64,000 nt of DNA from Tahibacter sp. (GTDB taxonomy: Bacteria; Pseudomonadota; Gammaproteobacteria; Xanthomonadales; Rhodanobacteraceae): contig NZ_JAVTWC010000028.1 in assembly GCF_032229445.1 (NCBI RefSeq), positions 31,149 to 95,148 of the forward strand, in the 5' to 3' direction. The notes under the pieces are model-generated. The model had not been told where the DNA came from. It made no database searches and saw only the letters and a program-made list of their open reading frames with translations. Shown here in pieces: positions 34,464 to 46,428 of this stretch. Each line of letters opens with the position of its first letter. Positions within the stretch are counted from its first letter, which is position 1. The translations under genes and the position numbers were made by a program.

Positions 34464-35180
34464 TCACACTTCGCCGCCCGCTCCTGCCTTCTGTTCGCGC
34501 AACAATTGGCGCAGGAACGGCACGGTGACGCGGCGCTGGGCCGCGAGCGACGCACGGTCGACCTGATCGAGCAACGCGCCCAGGCTGCCCAGGTCGCGCG
34601 CGTAGTGCGTGAACAGGAAGTCCAGCACCGTCTCATCGAGCGCAATGCCGCGCGCTTCGGCGCGTTCGCGCAATACGTCGCGTCGCTGCGCGTCGTCGAG
34701 CGGACGCAATGCCGCCTGCGTGCAGGCGGACAGCCGCGACACGAGGTCCGGCAGGTTGATGCCGATCTGTGCCGGCGGTGCCGCCGCCACGAACACCAGC
34801 GTGCTGCCTTCGGCCCGGCAACGATTATACAAATCAAAGAGTGCATGCTCAGCCGCAGCGATGCCGGCAATCGCGTCGACGTCGTCGAGCACGAGCAGGT
34901 CGCTGCCGCCGAAGCTTCGGATGGCATCGTCCTGGGCAGAAACCAACGAAGCGAGCGGCAGGTACTGCGCACTCAGTCCAGCGGCACTTGCGGCCTGGCA
35001 AACCGCCATCAGCAGGTGCGTGCGACCGCTGCCCTCGGGGCCATGCAGGAAAATCCACGCCGCATCCGCACCGCCAGCCACTCGCTGCAGCAGGTCCACG
35101 GCAGCGCCATTGACGCCGGTGAAAAACGTCTCGAACCGCTGCTGTGCCGGCCAGCGCCAGCCCAAGGGTAATTGCTCCAC
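34464..35180 (-). CDS. hda: DnaA regulatory inactivator Hda
   Basis: About 238 aa from GTG 35180, 1 nt after the upstream stop. AAA+ features GPEGSGRTHLL and LVLDDVD. DnaA-domain III-like. perM-hda synteny. Confidence 0.8.
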   Translation of the reverse strand: MEQLPLGWRWPAQQRFETFFTGVNGAAVDLLQRVAGGADAAWIFLHGPEGSGRTHLLMAVCQAASAAGLSAQYLPLASLVSAQDDAIRSFGGSDLLVLDDVDAIAGIAAAEHALFDLYNRCRAEGSTLVFVAAAPPAQIGINLPDLVSRLSACTQAALRPLDDAQRRDVLRERAEARGIALDETVLDFLFTHYARDLGSLGALLDQVDRASLAAQRRVTVPFLRQLLREQKAGAGGEV

Positions 35181-35181
35181 G

Positions 35182-36375
35182 TCAGTCCGCCGACGATTTC
35201 GCGGTGCCCGGCAGAATGAACTCGGTTCGGGCCGCGACGACAGGCTCTGCCTCGAACTCACTGGCCGTGACGACGGCGCCGTTCGACACGACCACGACGC
35301 CGGACGCTTCCGGCTCCAGTTCGGCCGGCTGGTAGAGATTGCTCTCCGTATACTTTTCGTGCAGATAGCGCAGCACGACCATCGCTACGGCCGCCGCCGG
35401 CAGCGCCAGCAGCACGCCGAGGAAGCCAAACAGCTCTCCACCGGCCAGGATCGCGAATATTACTGCGACCGGATGCATGCCGATCTTGTCGCCGACGAGC
35501 TTGGGCACGAGCACGTAGCCTTCGATGGTCTGGCCGACGCCGAACACGGCGAAAACCATGAACACGTGCGCCCAGTCCTGGTACTGCACGACGGCGGCGA
35601 TCAGCGCCATGCCCAGCCCGACGATCGCGCCGAGGTAGGGCACGAAACTGATCAGACCCGCGATCATGCCGATCAGCGGTCCCACGTCGATGCCGACCAG
35701 CCACAGGCCGACTGCATACAGCGTTCCGAGCGCCAGCATCACGCTGAGCTGCCCGCGCAGGAAAGCGCCGAGCACTTCGTCGGATTCGCGCGCGAGGCGG
35801 CTGATGGTCGGCTCGACCGAGCGCGGCAGCAATACGTTGATACGCGCGACAAGCAGATCCCAGTCGCGCAGCAGATAGAACGTGACGACCGGAATGAGTA
35901 CGAGCTGCGCGATCCAGCCCAGCACGGTGAGTCCCGACGAGGAAACCTTCGCCAGAATGCGCGTGGCGATGCCACCCGCCTCGCGCCAGTGTTCCTTCAC
36001 CATCTCGATGAGTTTGTTCGGATCGGCGAAATCCAGCGTCACCCCGAAACGCTGTTCGAGTCGCGGCTGTGCCTCGGCCTGAATCCAGGCCAGCCAGCGC
36101 GGTAACTGGTCGAGGAACTTCGCGATTTGCCGCTCCGTGAACGGAATCACCAGCAAAACGATGGTGACGACGGCCACGCCGATCAGCAGGAACACCAGGC
36201 AGACCGAGAAATTGCGCGACAACCCCAACCGTTCCAGCCGGTCAACAACCGGGTCCCACAGGTAGGCGAACAGCGCGGCGATCGCGAACGGCGTCAGTGC
36301 CGGCGCGAGCAGATAGATCAGGCCACCGCCCACCAGGGCCAGCGCCAGCCACTGCCAGCGTTCCGTCGTCGTCAT
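35182..36375 (-). CDS. AI-2E family transporter (PerM/YhhT, UPF0118)
   Basis: 397 aa from ATG 36375 (MTTTERWQWLALALVGGGLIYL), with ATGA overlap to the upstream gene. About 8 TM helices with the typical family layout. Confidence 0.85.
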   Translation of the reverse strand: MTTTERWQWLALALVGGGLIYLLAPALTPFAIAALFAYLWDPVVDRLERLGLSRNFSVCLVFLLIGVAVVTIVLLVIPFTERQIAKFLDQLPRWLAWIQAEAQPRLEQRFGVTLDFADPNKLIEMVKEHWREAGGIATRILAKVSSSGLTVLGWIAQLVLIPVVTFYLLRDWDLLVARINVLLPRSVEPTISRLARESDEVLGAFLRGQLSVMLALGTLYAVGLWLVGIDVGPLIGMIAGLISFVPYLGAIVGLGMALIAAVVQYQDWAHVFMVFAVFGVGQTIEGYVLVPKLVGDKIGMHPVAVIFAILAGGELFGFLGVLLALPAAAVAMVVLRYLHEKYTESNLYQPAELEPEASGVVVVSNGAVVTASEFEAEPVVAARTEFILPGTAKSSAD

Positions 36376-36938
36376 TGCGGACCATCCCGTTGAGTGTGCG
36401 TTTCGCGCCAGGCCTTCAGCGACCAGCGCACCACGTAGTCGATGCCACTGCCCAGCGTTACCAGCGTAACCGCAGCCAGCAGCCCCAGGTTGAACCATCC
36501 CGGCCATTCGGCAAAGCGTGACAGGTGCAGCAGCGTGGCCAATACCAGCGCGATCTGCAAGGCTGTCGTCAGCTTGCTCAGCAGGCTGGGTTCGGCCGTC
36601 AGCGGTCCGACGAGATTGTGGTACGCGACCGCGCCGGTCACGATGACCACGTCGCGACCGATCACCAACGCTGCCAGCCACCAGGGCAGAGCACCGGCAC
36701 CTGCCAGGCCGAAGAAGCAGGCGATCAGCAACAGCTTGTCGGCGACCGGATCGATCAGACCGCCAAGTTGGCTTTGCCACGAGAAACGCTTGGCCAGATA
36801 GCCGTCGAGTGCGTCAGTGAACGCCGCAAGCAGTGCGATCGCGAGCGACAGGTCATAGCGACCGTCGCGCAGCAGCCAGGCCAACGGCACCGTCAGCAGC
36901 ATGCGCAGCAGGGTCAAACCATTCGGGATATGGCGCAT
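36372..36938 (-). CDS. CDP-alcohol phosphatidyltransferase family protein (PgsA-like)
   Basis: 188 aa. N-terminus IPNGLTLLRMLL and the motif DALDGYLAKR...G...DPVADK (D-x2-DG-x2-AR...D-x3-D). Confidence 0.8.
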   Translation of the reverse strand: MRHIPNGLTLLRMLLTVPLAWLLRDGRYDLSLAIALLAAFTDALDGYLAKRFSWQSQLGGLIDPVADKLLLIACFFGLAGAGALPWWLAALVIGRDVVIVTGAVAYHNLVGPLTAEPSLLSKLTTALQIALVLATLLHLSRFAEWPGWFNLGLLAAVTLVTLGSGIDYVVRWSLKAWRETHTQRDGPQ

Positions 36939-37081
36939 GCGCTTAGGGCAACTCTGGACGAAACTGCATACTTTTCTGGGAGCCCCTCTTGGTCGAGGGG
37001 ACAGTCAAACGACCGCGAAGCGAGCGTTGGCTGGATCGTGTGGGGGAAAGAGCGTCTGAATAGTGACTCGTTCCGAACGTC

Positions 37082-38164
37082 CTACGGAGTCAGCGCCAGG
37101 GTCGCCTCCACACCGTCGATCGGTGGCGCCGTGTTGACGACGCGCAGCATGCCGTCGGACGGCAGATAGGCAAGCCAACGGTCCAGGGCCAGATTCAGGG
37201 TAAGCCTCATCAGCACGCCATCGCCACGCGCCTGCTCGGGCTGGAACTCGCGCACGAGTTCGTTGCTGCCCAGCATTTCGAAAAGGCGCGCATAGTCCTG
37301 TGCCGACTGCAGGCCGCTGATCCAGACTTTCGCCGTCGTGATGCGGCGCTCCTCGACCACGGCCGACGAACGTCCGCGCGTGCGGTCGACCGCTCCTTCG
37401 GCACCAGCAGCCAGCGCCGTGGCAAGATCCGCATCGCGCGACTCCCATACCGGCTGCGCCTGCCCGCCCAGAGCGAGTGTCCAGCGCGCCGACCATTCGT
37501 TGCCGACGCGGCGCAACTGGCCGACCAGGACCGTATCCGTCTGGTAACGTGCCGCATCGGCACTCAGCGTCATGATGTCGCCTTCCCAGACGATCTGGGC
37601 CGTGGTCAACGCCTGATCCGGCGTTTCCACGCGTGGCCAGACCAACGTGATGCCGCGCTGCTCGGCGACCTGCTGCATGGCGCTTCCGGCCGGGTCGGTG
37701 TTGTCGAGCAGACGCGGACCGCTGCCTTCGTCCAGTGCAAGCCAGGTCACGACTGGCGCACGCGCGGCAGGCGTCCAGACCCGAAGGCCGCGATCGCGCA
37801 GCACGCGGTCCAGCGCGGCGCGGTCGAAACTCGCGACGAGGCTCAGGCGCAGCAGCGGCTGGCCGTCGACGTTGGCGACTTCCTGGCGGTAAGTGTATTG
37901 CTGGACATAGCGCTCGGCCGATTCGATCAGCTTGGCCACGGCTTCACCGCTGGCCACGGCGCGATCGCCGGTGAGCTTGACGACGACCTGGGCCAGCGCG
38001 TTCTTCAACGCCATCGCACGCTGTTCGTCGGACTGGTCGGGCACCGGTACTTCACCGGTGTACAGCGCGGCCGAAGCCGATTGGGCCGAAGCCAGGCTGC
38101 CATACAGAGGCAGGCACAATAGGGAGAGCAGCACAGCGAGCAAGCGGGCGTAACGCACGGACAT
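37082..38164 (-). CDS. DUF2066-family periplasmic protein
   Basis: 360 aa from ATG 38164. Signal peptide [29 protein letters not shown]. It lies divergent to purM, as in other gammaproteobacteria (from my memory of synteny). Confidence 0.65.
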   Translation of the reverse strand: MSVRYARLLAVLLSLLCLPLYGSLASAQSASAALYTGEVPVPDQSDEQRAMALKNALAQVVVKLTGDRAVASGEAVAKLIESAERYVQQYTYRQEVANVDGQPLLRLSLVASFDRAALDRVLRDRGLRVWTPAARAPVVTWLALDEGSGPRLLDNTDPAGSAMQQVAEQRGITLVWPRVETPDQALTTAQIVWEGDIMTLSADAARYQTDTVLVGQLRRVGNEWSARWTLALGGQAQPVWESRDADLATALAAGAEGAVDRTRGRSSAVVEERRITTAKVWISGLQSAQDYARLFEMLGSNELVREFQPEQARGDGVLMRLTLNLALDRWLAYLPSDGMLRVVNTAPPIDGVEATLALTP

Positions 38165-38289
38165 TCCCTGGTCGGCGATCGGATTCGTGCCCAAGTCTGC
38201 CCAAACCCCGCCACGGCGTCCATGCGGCGGCCCGGCGGCCACCGGCCGCGGCTGGTATGATTGCGCCCCTTTTTTCCGCCGGCGCAGCC

Positions 38290-39327
38290 ATGTCCGATCC
38301 GAAGACCGCCCTGACCTACCGCGACGCCGGCGTCGACATCGATGCAGGCAACGAAGTGGTCGAACGCATCAAGCCGCTGGTCGCGCGCACGTTCCGCAAG
38401 GAAGTGATGGCCGGCCTCGGCGGATTCGGCGCCCTGTTCGAACTCGCCGGACGCTACAAGGAGCCGGTACTGGTCTCCGGCACCGACGGCGTCGGCACCA
38501 AGCTCAAGCTGGCGCAGATCCTGAATCGGCACGACACCATCGGCATCGATCTGGTCGGCATGTGCGTCAACGACGTGCTGGTCCAGGGCGCGGAATCCCT
38601 GTTCTTTCTGGACTACTTCGCCACCGGCAAGCTCGATGTCGACACCACTGTCGCGGTCGTCGGCGGAATCGCCAAGGGCTGCGAACTGGCCGGTTGCGCG
38701 CTGATCGGCGGCGAAACCGCCGAGATGCCGGACATGTACCCGCCCGGCGAATACGACCTCGCCGGGTTCTGCGTCGGCGCAGTGGAGAAGTCAAAGCTCA
38801 TCGACGGCAGCCAACTGCGCGCCGGCGACGCCATCCTCGGCATCGCGTCCAGCGGCGCGCATTCCAACGGCTATTCGCTGATCCGCCGCATCGTCTCTCG
38901 CGCCGGCAGTCCATTCGAACTGGACGTCGGCGGCGTGGCGCTGGCCGATGCGCTGATGGCCCCAACCACCATCTACGTCAAACCGATCCTGCAGCTGCTC
39001 GCCGAACAATCGGTCAAGGGTATGGCTCACATCACCGGCGGCGGGCTCAAGGAAAACATCATCCGTGTCGTGCCCGACGCCCTGGGCATTTCACTCGACA
39101 GCGCCAGCTGGACCTTGCCACCGCTGTTCGACTGGCTGCAGCGCGAAGGCGCCGTCGCGCAGGAAGAGATGTGGCGGACGTTCAACTGTGGCATCGGATA
39201 TACGGTGATCGTCGCGCACGAGGCCATCGCCAGCACGCTGGCGGCGCTCGGCAGGCTCGGCCTGCCCGCGTGGCAGATTGGCGAGATCATCGCCTCGCCT
39301 GGCGACGATCGCGTGCTGATCCGCTGA
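38290..39327 (+). CDS. purM: Phosphoribosylformylglycinamidine cyclo-ligase (AIR synthetase)
   Basis: 345 aa from ATG 38290. Motifs [21 protein letters not shown] and GGETAEMP. Confidence 0.95.
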   Translation: MSDPKTALTYRDAGVDIDAGNEVVERIKPLVARTFRKEVMAGLGGFGALFELAGRYKEPVLVSGTDGVGTKLKLAQILNRHDTIGIDLVGMCVNDVLVQGAESLFFLDYFATGKLDVDTTVAVVGGIAKGCELAGCALIGGETAEMPDMYPPGEYDLAGFCVGAVEKSKLIDGSQLRAGDAILGIASSGAHSNGYSLIRRIVSRAGSPFELDVGGVALADALMAPTTIYVKPILQLLAEQSVKGMAHITGGGLKENIIRVVPDALGISLDSASWTLPPLFDWLQREGAVAQEEMWRTFNCGIGYTVIVAHEAIASTLAALGRLGLPAWQIGEIIASPGDDRVLIR

Positions 39328-39971
39328 TGCCTGTACCGCCGCTGCGCGTCGCGGTACTGATCTCCGGCCGCGGTTCGAACCTGCAGGCGCTGATCTCGGC
39401 GCAGCGAAGTGGCGAGCTGGCCATCGACATCGTCGTCGTCGCGAGCAACCGGGCCGCCGCCGAAGGCCTGCGCCACGCGGAGGCCGCCGGCATCGCCACG
39501 ATCACGCTAGATCCCGGCTGCATGCCCGACCGCGCACGCTACGATGCCGAGCTGTTTGCGCGCATCGCCGCATTCTCGCCCGACCTCATCGTCCTGGCCG
39601 GCTTCATGCGCGTGCTCGACGCCGCGGTGCTGGCACCCTGGGCCGGCCGCATCATCAATGTCCATCCGTCGCTGCTGCCGAAATATCCGGGGCTGCACAC
39701 GCATCGCCGTGCGCTGGAAGCCGGCGACCCCATCCATGGCGCGAGCGTGCATTTCGTCGGAGCGGAACTCGATGCCGGCCCGCTGCTCGCGCGCACCGAA
39801 ATCGCGCTGGAGCCCGGCGACAGCGCCGAGACGCTGGCCGCGCGGCTGCTGCCGCGCGAACACGCGCTGCTGTGCCGCTGCGTGCAGTGGATCGCGCAAG
39901 GCCGTGTGCAACTGCGCGGCAGCACGGTGCACTTTGACGGAACGGCGCTGTCCGAGCCCTTGCGCGTCTGA
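39327..39971 (+). CDS. purN: Phosphoribosylglycinamide formyltransferase
   Basis: 214 aa. TGATG overlap with purM. Motifs VLISGRGSNLQAL, NVHPSLLP and HGASVHFV. Confidence 0.93.
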   Translation: MPVPPLRVAVLISGRGSNLQALISAQRSGELAIDIVVVASNRAAAEGLRHAEAAGIATITLDPGCMPDRARYDAELFARIAAFSPDLIVLAGFMRVLDAAVLAPWAGRIINVHPSLLPKYPGLHTHRRALEAGDPIHGASVHFVGAELDAGPLLARTEIALEPGDSAETLAARLLPREHALLCRCVQWIAQGRVQLRGSTVHFDGTALSEPLRV

Positions 39972-40032
39972 ATCCGCGGAGTGCGTTCAGCACTGCGCGG
40001 CCACACTGCGCCGTCCATTACCGGAGTCCTTC

Positions 40033-40755
40033 ATGCGTTTTCTCGTCCTGCTCGGCCTTGCCGTCCTGCCGCTGCTTGCCTCCGCTTTCGAGCCGAACTC
40101 CCGCAGCCCGCACGATGCGGCTTCTGAGCCGTTGAAACCGTTCGTGGCGAGTTACGACGTCAAGCGCGGCGGCAAGGTCATCGGCGAAGCCACCATGACC
40201 CTGAGCGACAACGGCGATCGACAATGGACGCTGGTCACCGAAACGCGCGGCACTGCGGGAATGGCCAGGCTGCTGGGTCTGGATGTCCGCGAGGCGTCGG
40301 AATTTGTCGTCGATGGCCAGTCAGCCCTGCAGAGCACGAACTATCGCTATAAGCAGGATGCGACGCTCAAGTCCAAGCAGCGCCGCATCGAATTCGACTG
40401 GCAGGCGAACGAAGCCCGGGTCACTGACAAGGACGAATTGTTCCGCTACGCGCTGCAGGCCGGCAGCATCGACCGTCAGGTCGTCGCCGTCGCGCTGGGC
40501 CGCAGCCAGCGGCTGGAGAACAACACGTTCCCGGTCGCGGCCAAGGAAGGCATCGAGAATCAGCGTTTCGAGCGGCGCGAAACGCGCTCGCTGAACCTGC
40601 CGGCCGGCCGCTATGACGCGACTCGCTTCGAACGCACCGACAAGCCGAACAAGGGCAGTTCCTGGTACGCACCTGGCCTGCTGGCGCCACTGCAGATCGA
40701 ACAGCTGCAAAAGGACGGCAATACCATCGTGATGGAGCTGAAGGCGATCCGGTAA
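40033..40755 (+). CDS. DUF3108-family protein (secreted)
   Basis: 240 aa from ATG 40033 (GGAG upstream). Signal peptide MRFLVLLGLAVLPLLASA. Its position after purN matches known synteny (from memory). Confidence 0.65.
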   Translation: MRFLVLLGLAVLPLLASAFEPNSRSPHDAASEPLKPFVASYDVKRGGKVIGEATMTLSDNGDRQWTLVTETRGTAGMARLLGLDVREASEFVVDGQSALQSTNYRYKQDATLKSKQRRIEFDWQANEARVTDKDELFRYALQAGSIDRQVVAVALGRSQRLENNTFPVAAKEGIENQRFERRETRSLNLPAGRYDATRFERTDKPNKGSSWYAPGLLAPLQIEQLQKDGNTIVMELKAIR

Positions 40756-40881
40756 CGCTGCAGACCCTGTGCCGGACCCGCCGGCGCCGTTGCCGGAAAC
40801 GCATCGCTTCCGCGGCAACGACCGGAATTTCCGATACCGCATGCCGTCATGGCAGCGGCACCTTGCTTTTTGCCTAAGTGG

Positions 40882-42144
<1,263 letters not shown>

Positions 42145-42254
42145 TTACTCGGTAAACGGGAATTCGACATCGCGGTATGCAGACCCGCATCGCGGGCTGC
42201 AGCGGCTTTGGGGGGTATCACGGCCCGAAGCCGTCAAAGACTCAGGCATTGCGG

Positions 42255-42491
42255 CTACCGCGTTTCCGCCTCTTCGGGTGTCACCGTCTTGAGAGCCAGT
42301 GCATGGATGGCGCCCCCCATCAGATCGCCGAGCGTCGCGTACACGAGACGGTGCCGCGCCAGCGGCAACTTGCCACGGAACGCTTCGGCGATGACCAGGG
42401 CATCGAAGTGCACGCCATCGGCTCCGCTGACCTCGGCCGTGGCGCCGGGCAATCCTTGCTCGATCAGATTCTTGATGGTCTGGCTGTCCAT
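42255..42491 (-). CDS. ibaG: BolA-family protein (IbaG/YrbA type)
   Basis: 78 aa. BolA fold motifs F.G...L.RHRLVY..L and IHAL. It lies immediately upstream of murA, as in other gammaproteobacteria. Confidence 0.8.
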   Translation of the reverse strand: MDSQTIKNLIEQGLPGATAEVSGADGVHFDALVIAEAFRGKLPLARHRLVYATLGDLMGGAIHALALKTVTPEEAETR

Positions 42492-42679
42492 TTCGGGCGG
42501 GATCCATGGCGGATTCAGGGCAGCGACGGAGCGTCGCGACGAAGTGCAGGTCTGCTCCGTCCCTGCGACAGGGACGACTATCCGGCTACACTATGGGGAC
42601 GCGCATGTTACCGAAAATCCGCTGGCGCCAAAACGTTGCGTTCGAGCGCCCTGTTTCCCTGCTCCATCCAGCCTTGCTC

Positions 42680-43705
42680 ATGAATGCACAGATCCTGCCC
42701 CTGATTTCCTCCAGCGCTGCCCATCCGCCGCTGAACCAGGCTGCCCTGGTGCGCAGTGCACTACAGGTCGTCGAAACCGAAGCCCGGGCCATCGATCTGC
42801 TCAAGTCCCGCATCGACGAAAGCTTCCTGCGCGCCTGCCAGCTCATGTTCGACTGCACCGGCCGGATCGTGGTTTCCGGCATGGGCAAGTCCGGCCACAT
42901 CGCGCGAAAGATCGCCGCGACCCTGGCGTCTACTGGCACACCGGCGTTCTTCGTGCATCCGGGAGAAGCCAGTCACGGCGACCTGGGCATGATCACGCAG
43001 AAGGACGTGGTGCTGGCCCTGTCCAACTCGGGCGAGACCGACGAACTCCTGACCATCCTGCCGCTGATCCGGCGCCAGGGCATACCGCTGATCGCGATGA
43101 GCGGCAACGACAGCTCCTCGCTCGCGCGCCTGGCCGACGTGCATCTTGATGTCAGCGTGCCGACCGAAGCCTGTCCCCTGGGACTCGCGCCGACCGCCAG
43201 CACGACTGCCGCGCTCGTCATGGGCGACGCGCTGGCCGTGGCGCTGCTGGAAGCCCGCGGCTTTACTGCCGACGATTTCGCCCGGTCCCATCCGGCCGGT
43301 TCGCTGGGCCGACGCCTGCTGCTGCACATCAGCGACGTCATGCATACGGGCGACCAGATTCCCAAGGTTGGCGAAAATTCGAGCCTTTCCGAAGCACTCG
43401 TCGAGATGTCGCGCAAGGGCCTGGGCATGACTGCCGTCGTCGATGCGGAAGACACCCTGCTCGGCGTCTTCACCGATGGCGACCTGCGCCGCGCCCTCGA
43501 CGACCACGCCGTCGACCTGCGCAGCGCGCCCCTGACGCGCCTGATGACCGCCAAGGCCAAGACAATCACGCCGGACAAGCTCGCCGTCGAAGCAGCCCGA
43601 CTCATGGAAGACTTCACCATCCATGCCCTGCTCGTCGTGGACCACGACAACAAGCTGGTCGGCGCGCTGAACATTCACGACCTGCTGCGCGCCCGCGTAG
43701 TCTGA
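42680..43705 (+). CDS. kdsD: Arabinose-5-phosphate isomerase (SIS + tandem CBS)
   Basis: 341 aa from ATG 42680. Motifs GRIVVSGMGKSGHIA, GTPAFFVHPGEASHGDLG and LSNSGET, plus C-terminal CBS pairs. Confidence 0.92.
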   Translation: MNAQILPLISSSAAHPPLNQAALVRSALQVVETEARAIDLLKSRIDESFLRACQLMFDCTGRIVVSGMGKSGHIARKIAATLASTGTPAFFVHPGEASHGDLGMITQKDVVLALSNSGETDELLTILPLIRRQGIPLIAMSGNDSSSLARLADVHLDVSVPTEACPLGLAPTASTTAALVMGDALAVALLEARGFTADDFARSHPAGSLGRRLLLHISDVMHTGDQIPKVGENSSLSEALVEMSRKGLGMTAVVDAEDTLLGVFTDGDLRRALDDHAVDLRSAPLTRLMTAKAKTITPDKLAVEAARLMEDFTIHALLVVDHDNKLVGALNIHDLLRARVV

Positions 43706-43839
43706 ACGCGAGCCCGGCTCCGCGGGCGGCCGGCATGGACGGCTGCCCCGCGCTTGCCGCAGGATCCCCAGGTTGCCCGGTCGATGCCGGTCCGTTCCGC
43801 CCACCCGCGGCCCTGCCGCCCCCTGTCCGATACCTGCGT

Positions 43840-44376
43840 ATGCCCGACCGACTGTCCGACCACCTACGTGACCGCGCCGCCGCCATCCGCCTTGCCGTGT
43901 TCGATGTGGACGGCGTGCTCACCGACGGACGACTGTGGTATTCGGAAGATGGCCGCGAGCTCAAGGCCTTTCACGTCCACGACGGGCTTGGCCTCAAGCG
44001 ACTGCTCGCCAACGGCATCGAAGTGGCCATCATCACCGCGCGCATGAGTCATCTCGTCACCGAACGCATGGCCGAACTCGGTGTCGCCCACGTCTATCAG
44101 GGGCAGAAGGACAAGCGCGCCTGCCTGCACCTGCTCTGCGAGGCGCTGCAGTTGCCGCTGCAGCAGGTCTGTTACACCGGCGACGATCTGCCCGACCTGC
44201 GCGCCATGCTCGCAACCGGCTTACCCATCGCACCGGCGAATGCACATCCATGGGTGGCCGAACGCGCGCACTGGCAAACCCGGCGCAACGGCGGTGAAGG
44301 TGCCGCGCGCGAAGTCTGCGATCTGTTGCTGCACGCGCGTGGCCTGGCCGACGCCGAACTGGCGCATTGGCTCTGA
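43840..44376 (+). CDS. kdsC: KDO-8-phosphate phosphatase (HAD-IIIA)
   Basis: 178 aa from ATG 43840. Motifs FDVDGVLTDG and GDDLPD. Position after kdsD. Confidence 0.88.
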   Translation: MPDRLSDHLRDRAAAIRLAVFDVDGVLTDGRLWYSEDGRELKAFHVHDGLGLKRLLANGIEVAIITARMSHLVTERMAELGVAHVYQGQKDKRACLHLLCEALQLPLQQVCYTGDDLPDLRAMLATGLPIAPANAHPWVAERAHWQTRRNGGEGAAREVCDLLLHARGLADAELAHWL

Positions 44377-44948
44377 TGGGCGAGCGCAGTCTCCACACGA
44401 TCCTCGCGCTGGCCGTGGCGGCGGCGCTGACCTGGTCGCTGTTCTGGCTGTTCCGGCCGGCCGAAAAAGAGCCAGCCTTCGTCGGCCCGCCACGCTCGAA
44501 CTACACCCTCGAGGATTTCCAGCTCAACGCACTCGATGAAAACGGCGAGCTGAGTTTCACGGTGGCCGCGCCGGCGCTCGCGCGCCGCAATGACGATGGC
44601 TCGCTATGGATCGATGCGCCTGATTTTCTGATCGCAACGGCCAAGGGTGAGCCCTGGAAAGGCAAATCGCAGTCGGCCTTCGTCAACAAGGACGGCACAC
44701 ACATGCTGCTGGCCGGCGCCGTTGAGATGCATCGCGAAGCCAGCGCCGAAGCCGGCGCAGCGCGCGTGGACACGCGCGACGTCGATGCCTATCCGAAGGA
44801 GAACCGTCTGCAGACCGCTGCCGCCGCGACGATCACGCAGCCGGGCTCTATACTGCGCGGCACCGGCATGAAGGCCGATCTCAACACGCACCAATTGGAG
44901 TTGCTCGCCGATGTCCACGCTTCGTTCGCGCGCAAGCGCAAGCCTTAG
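44376..44948 (+). CDS. lptC: LPS export system protein LptC
   Basis: About 190 aa. ATG 44376 overlaps the kdsC stop (TGATG); the ORF-track start 44367 is a TTG. Single N-terminal TM helix. Position between kdsC and lptA. Confidence 0.75.
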   Translation: MGERSLHTILALAVAAALTWSLFWLFRPAEKEPAFVGPPRSNYTLEDFQLNALDENGELSFTVAAPALARRNDDGSLWIDAPDFLIATAKGEPWKGKSQSAFVNKDGTHMLLAGAVEMHREASAEAGAARVDTRDVDAYPKENRLQTAAAATITQPGSILRGTGMKADLNTHQLELLADVHASFARKRKP

Positions 44949-45456
44949 TCTTGTTGCGCTGCTGGCGCTGGCGGCACCGGCGGCACAGGCGCTGAAGTCC
45001 GACGCCGACCAGCCGCTGGAAGTGGCGGCCAATCATTTCGCCACCAACCAGAACAAGCACCTCACCATCCTCACCGGCGCGGTCAAGCTGACCCGCGGCA
45101 CGATGAAGGGCGAATCCGACAAAGGTACTGTCTACCAGAACGACGACGATGAGATCAGCCGCGTCGTGCTCGAAGGCAAGCCGGCGCGGATGCAGCAGCA
45201 GCTCGATGGCGGCGGCCTGATGCGCGCCACCGCGGCGAACATCGACTACGACACCGACAAGTCCACCGCCATCCTCACCGGCAATGCGGTCGTGATCCAG
45301 GAAGGCCGCGGCGAATTTCGCGGCGAACGCATCGTCTACAACACCGAGAGCGGCGAGCTTACCGGCGAAGGTAATTCGGGCGGCGGCATCACGATGAAGA
45401 TGCAGCCCAAGCCCAAGGCGGAACCCAAGCCGGCCGCCAAGGACAAACCGCAGTAA
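44911..45456 (+). CDS. lptA: LPS export periplasmic protein LptA (OstA-like)
   Basis: 181 aa. Signal peptide ending [14 protein letters not shown]. OstA_N-type beta-jellyroll repeats. Lys/Pro-rich tail. Confidence 0.85.
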   Translation: MSTLRSRASASLSLVALLALAAPAAQALKSDADQPLEVAANHFATNQNKHLTILTGAVKLTRGTMKGESDKGTVYQNDDDEISRVVLEGKPARMQQQLDGGGLMRATAANIDYDTDKSTAILTGNAVVIQEGRGEFRGERIVYNTESGELTGEGNSGGGITMKMQPKPKAEPKPAAKDKPQ

Positions 45457-46175
45457 TGCTCAGCGCGACGGGGCTGAAGAAACGCTACAAGCAGCGTGAA
45501 GTCGTACGCGATTTCTCCTGCCGCGTGGACCAGGGCGAAGTGGTTGGCCTGCTCGGTCCCAACGGCGCCGGCAAGACGACCTGTTTCTACATGATCGTGG
45601 GACTGATCGGTGCGGACGCCGGCAGCATCCGGCTCGACGAGACCGACATCACCGCGCAGCCGATGCATGCGCGCGCGCGTCTGGGCCTGGGCTATCTGCC
45701 GCAGGAAGCATCGGTGTTCCGCCGCCTCAGCGTTGCCGACAACATCCTCGCAATCCTTGAACTGCGTCCGAAGCTGGGCGCGGCCGGCCGCGCGGCGGAA
45801 CTCGAAAAACTGCTCGATGAACTGCAGATCAGCCATATCGCGCAGCAGAAAGGGGCGAGCCTTTCCGGCGGTGAGCGGCGTCGCGTGGAGATCGCGCGCG
45901 CGCTGGCCGCGGAACCGCGCTTCATGCTGCTCGATGAACCGTTCGCCGGCGTGGATCCGATCTCGGTCGGCGAGATCCAGCGCATCGTGCGCCATCTCAA
46001 GGAACGCGGCATCGGCGTGCTGATCACCGATCACAACGTGCGCGAAACCCTCGGCATCTGCGATCGCGCCTACATCCTCAGCGAAGGCAAGGTGCTGGCC
46101 AAGGGCGCGCCGGCCACGATACTCGCGAACGAGCAGGTGCGCGAAGTGTACCTGGGCAAGGAATTCCGCATGTAA
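45456..46175 (+). CDS. lptB: LPS export ABC transporter ATP-binding protein LptB
   Basis: 239 aa. Motifs [24 protein letters not shown] and [12 protein letters not shown]. Confidence 0.95.
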   Translation: MLSATGLKKRYKQREVVRDFSCRVDQGEVVGLLGPNGAGKTTCFYMIVGLIGADAGSIRLDETDITAQPMHARARLGLGYLPQEASVFRRLSVADNILAILELRPKLGAAGRAAELEKLLDELQISHIAQQKGASLSGGERRRVEIARALAAEPRFMLLDEPFAGVDPISVGEIQRIVRHLKERGIGVLITDHNVRETLGICDRAYILSEGKVLAKGAPATILANEQVREVYLGKEFRM

Positions 46176-46428
46176 CGTGCGATCGCGGCGCGGAATCCAC
46201 AGCGCCACAGATGCACATTGACAAAAGATTCACGCCACCGGGGCGCGTCCGCACACGGCGCGAGGTGGACAAGCTGCCAAATCCTCTCCCAATCCGGCGC
46301 CATACGCAAGTTGCTTGCGACCTGCCGCTGCGCGGTTCCCGTCGACCGTTTTCCGCATTAGGATGGCGTCACGGGCCTTTCGCACCGTCGACTGTATTCC
46401 TGCGAAACGCGCCGCAACGGGACCCCTG

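Noticed and set aside
36950-37081. Possible fourth, degenerate copy of the purine/pyrimidine palindromic repeat (shares GGTCGAGGG and ACTCGTTCC-like strings; hairpin CCCCTC-ttggtc-GAGGGG)
   Set aside because: Only short matches of 8-9 nt, with no clear two-arm architecture. Not distinguishable from chance without a genome-wide model.
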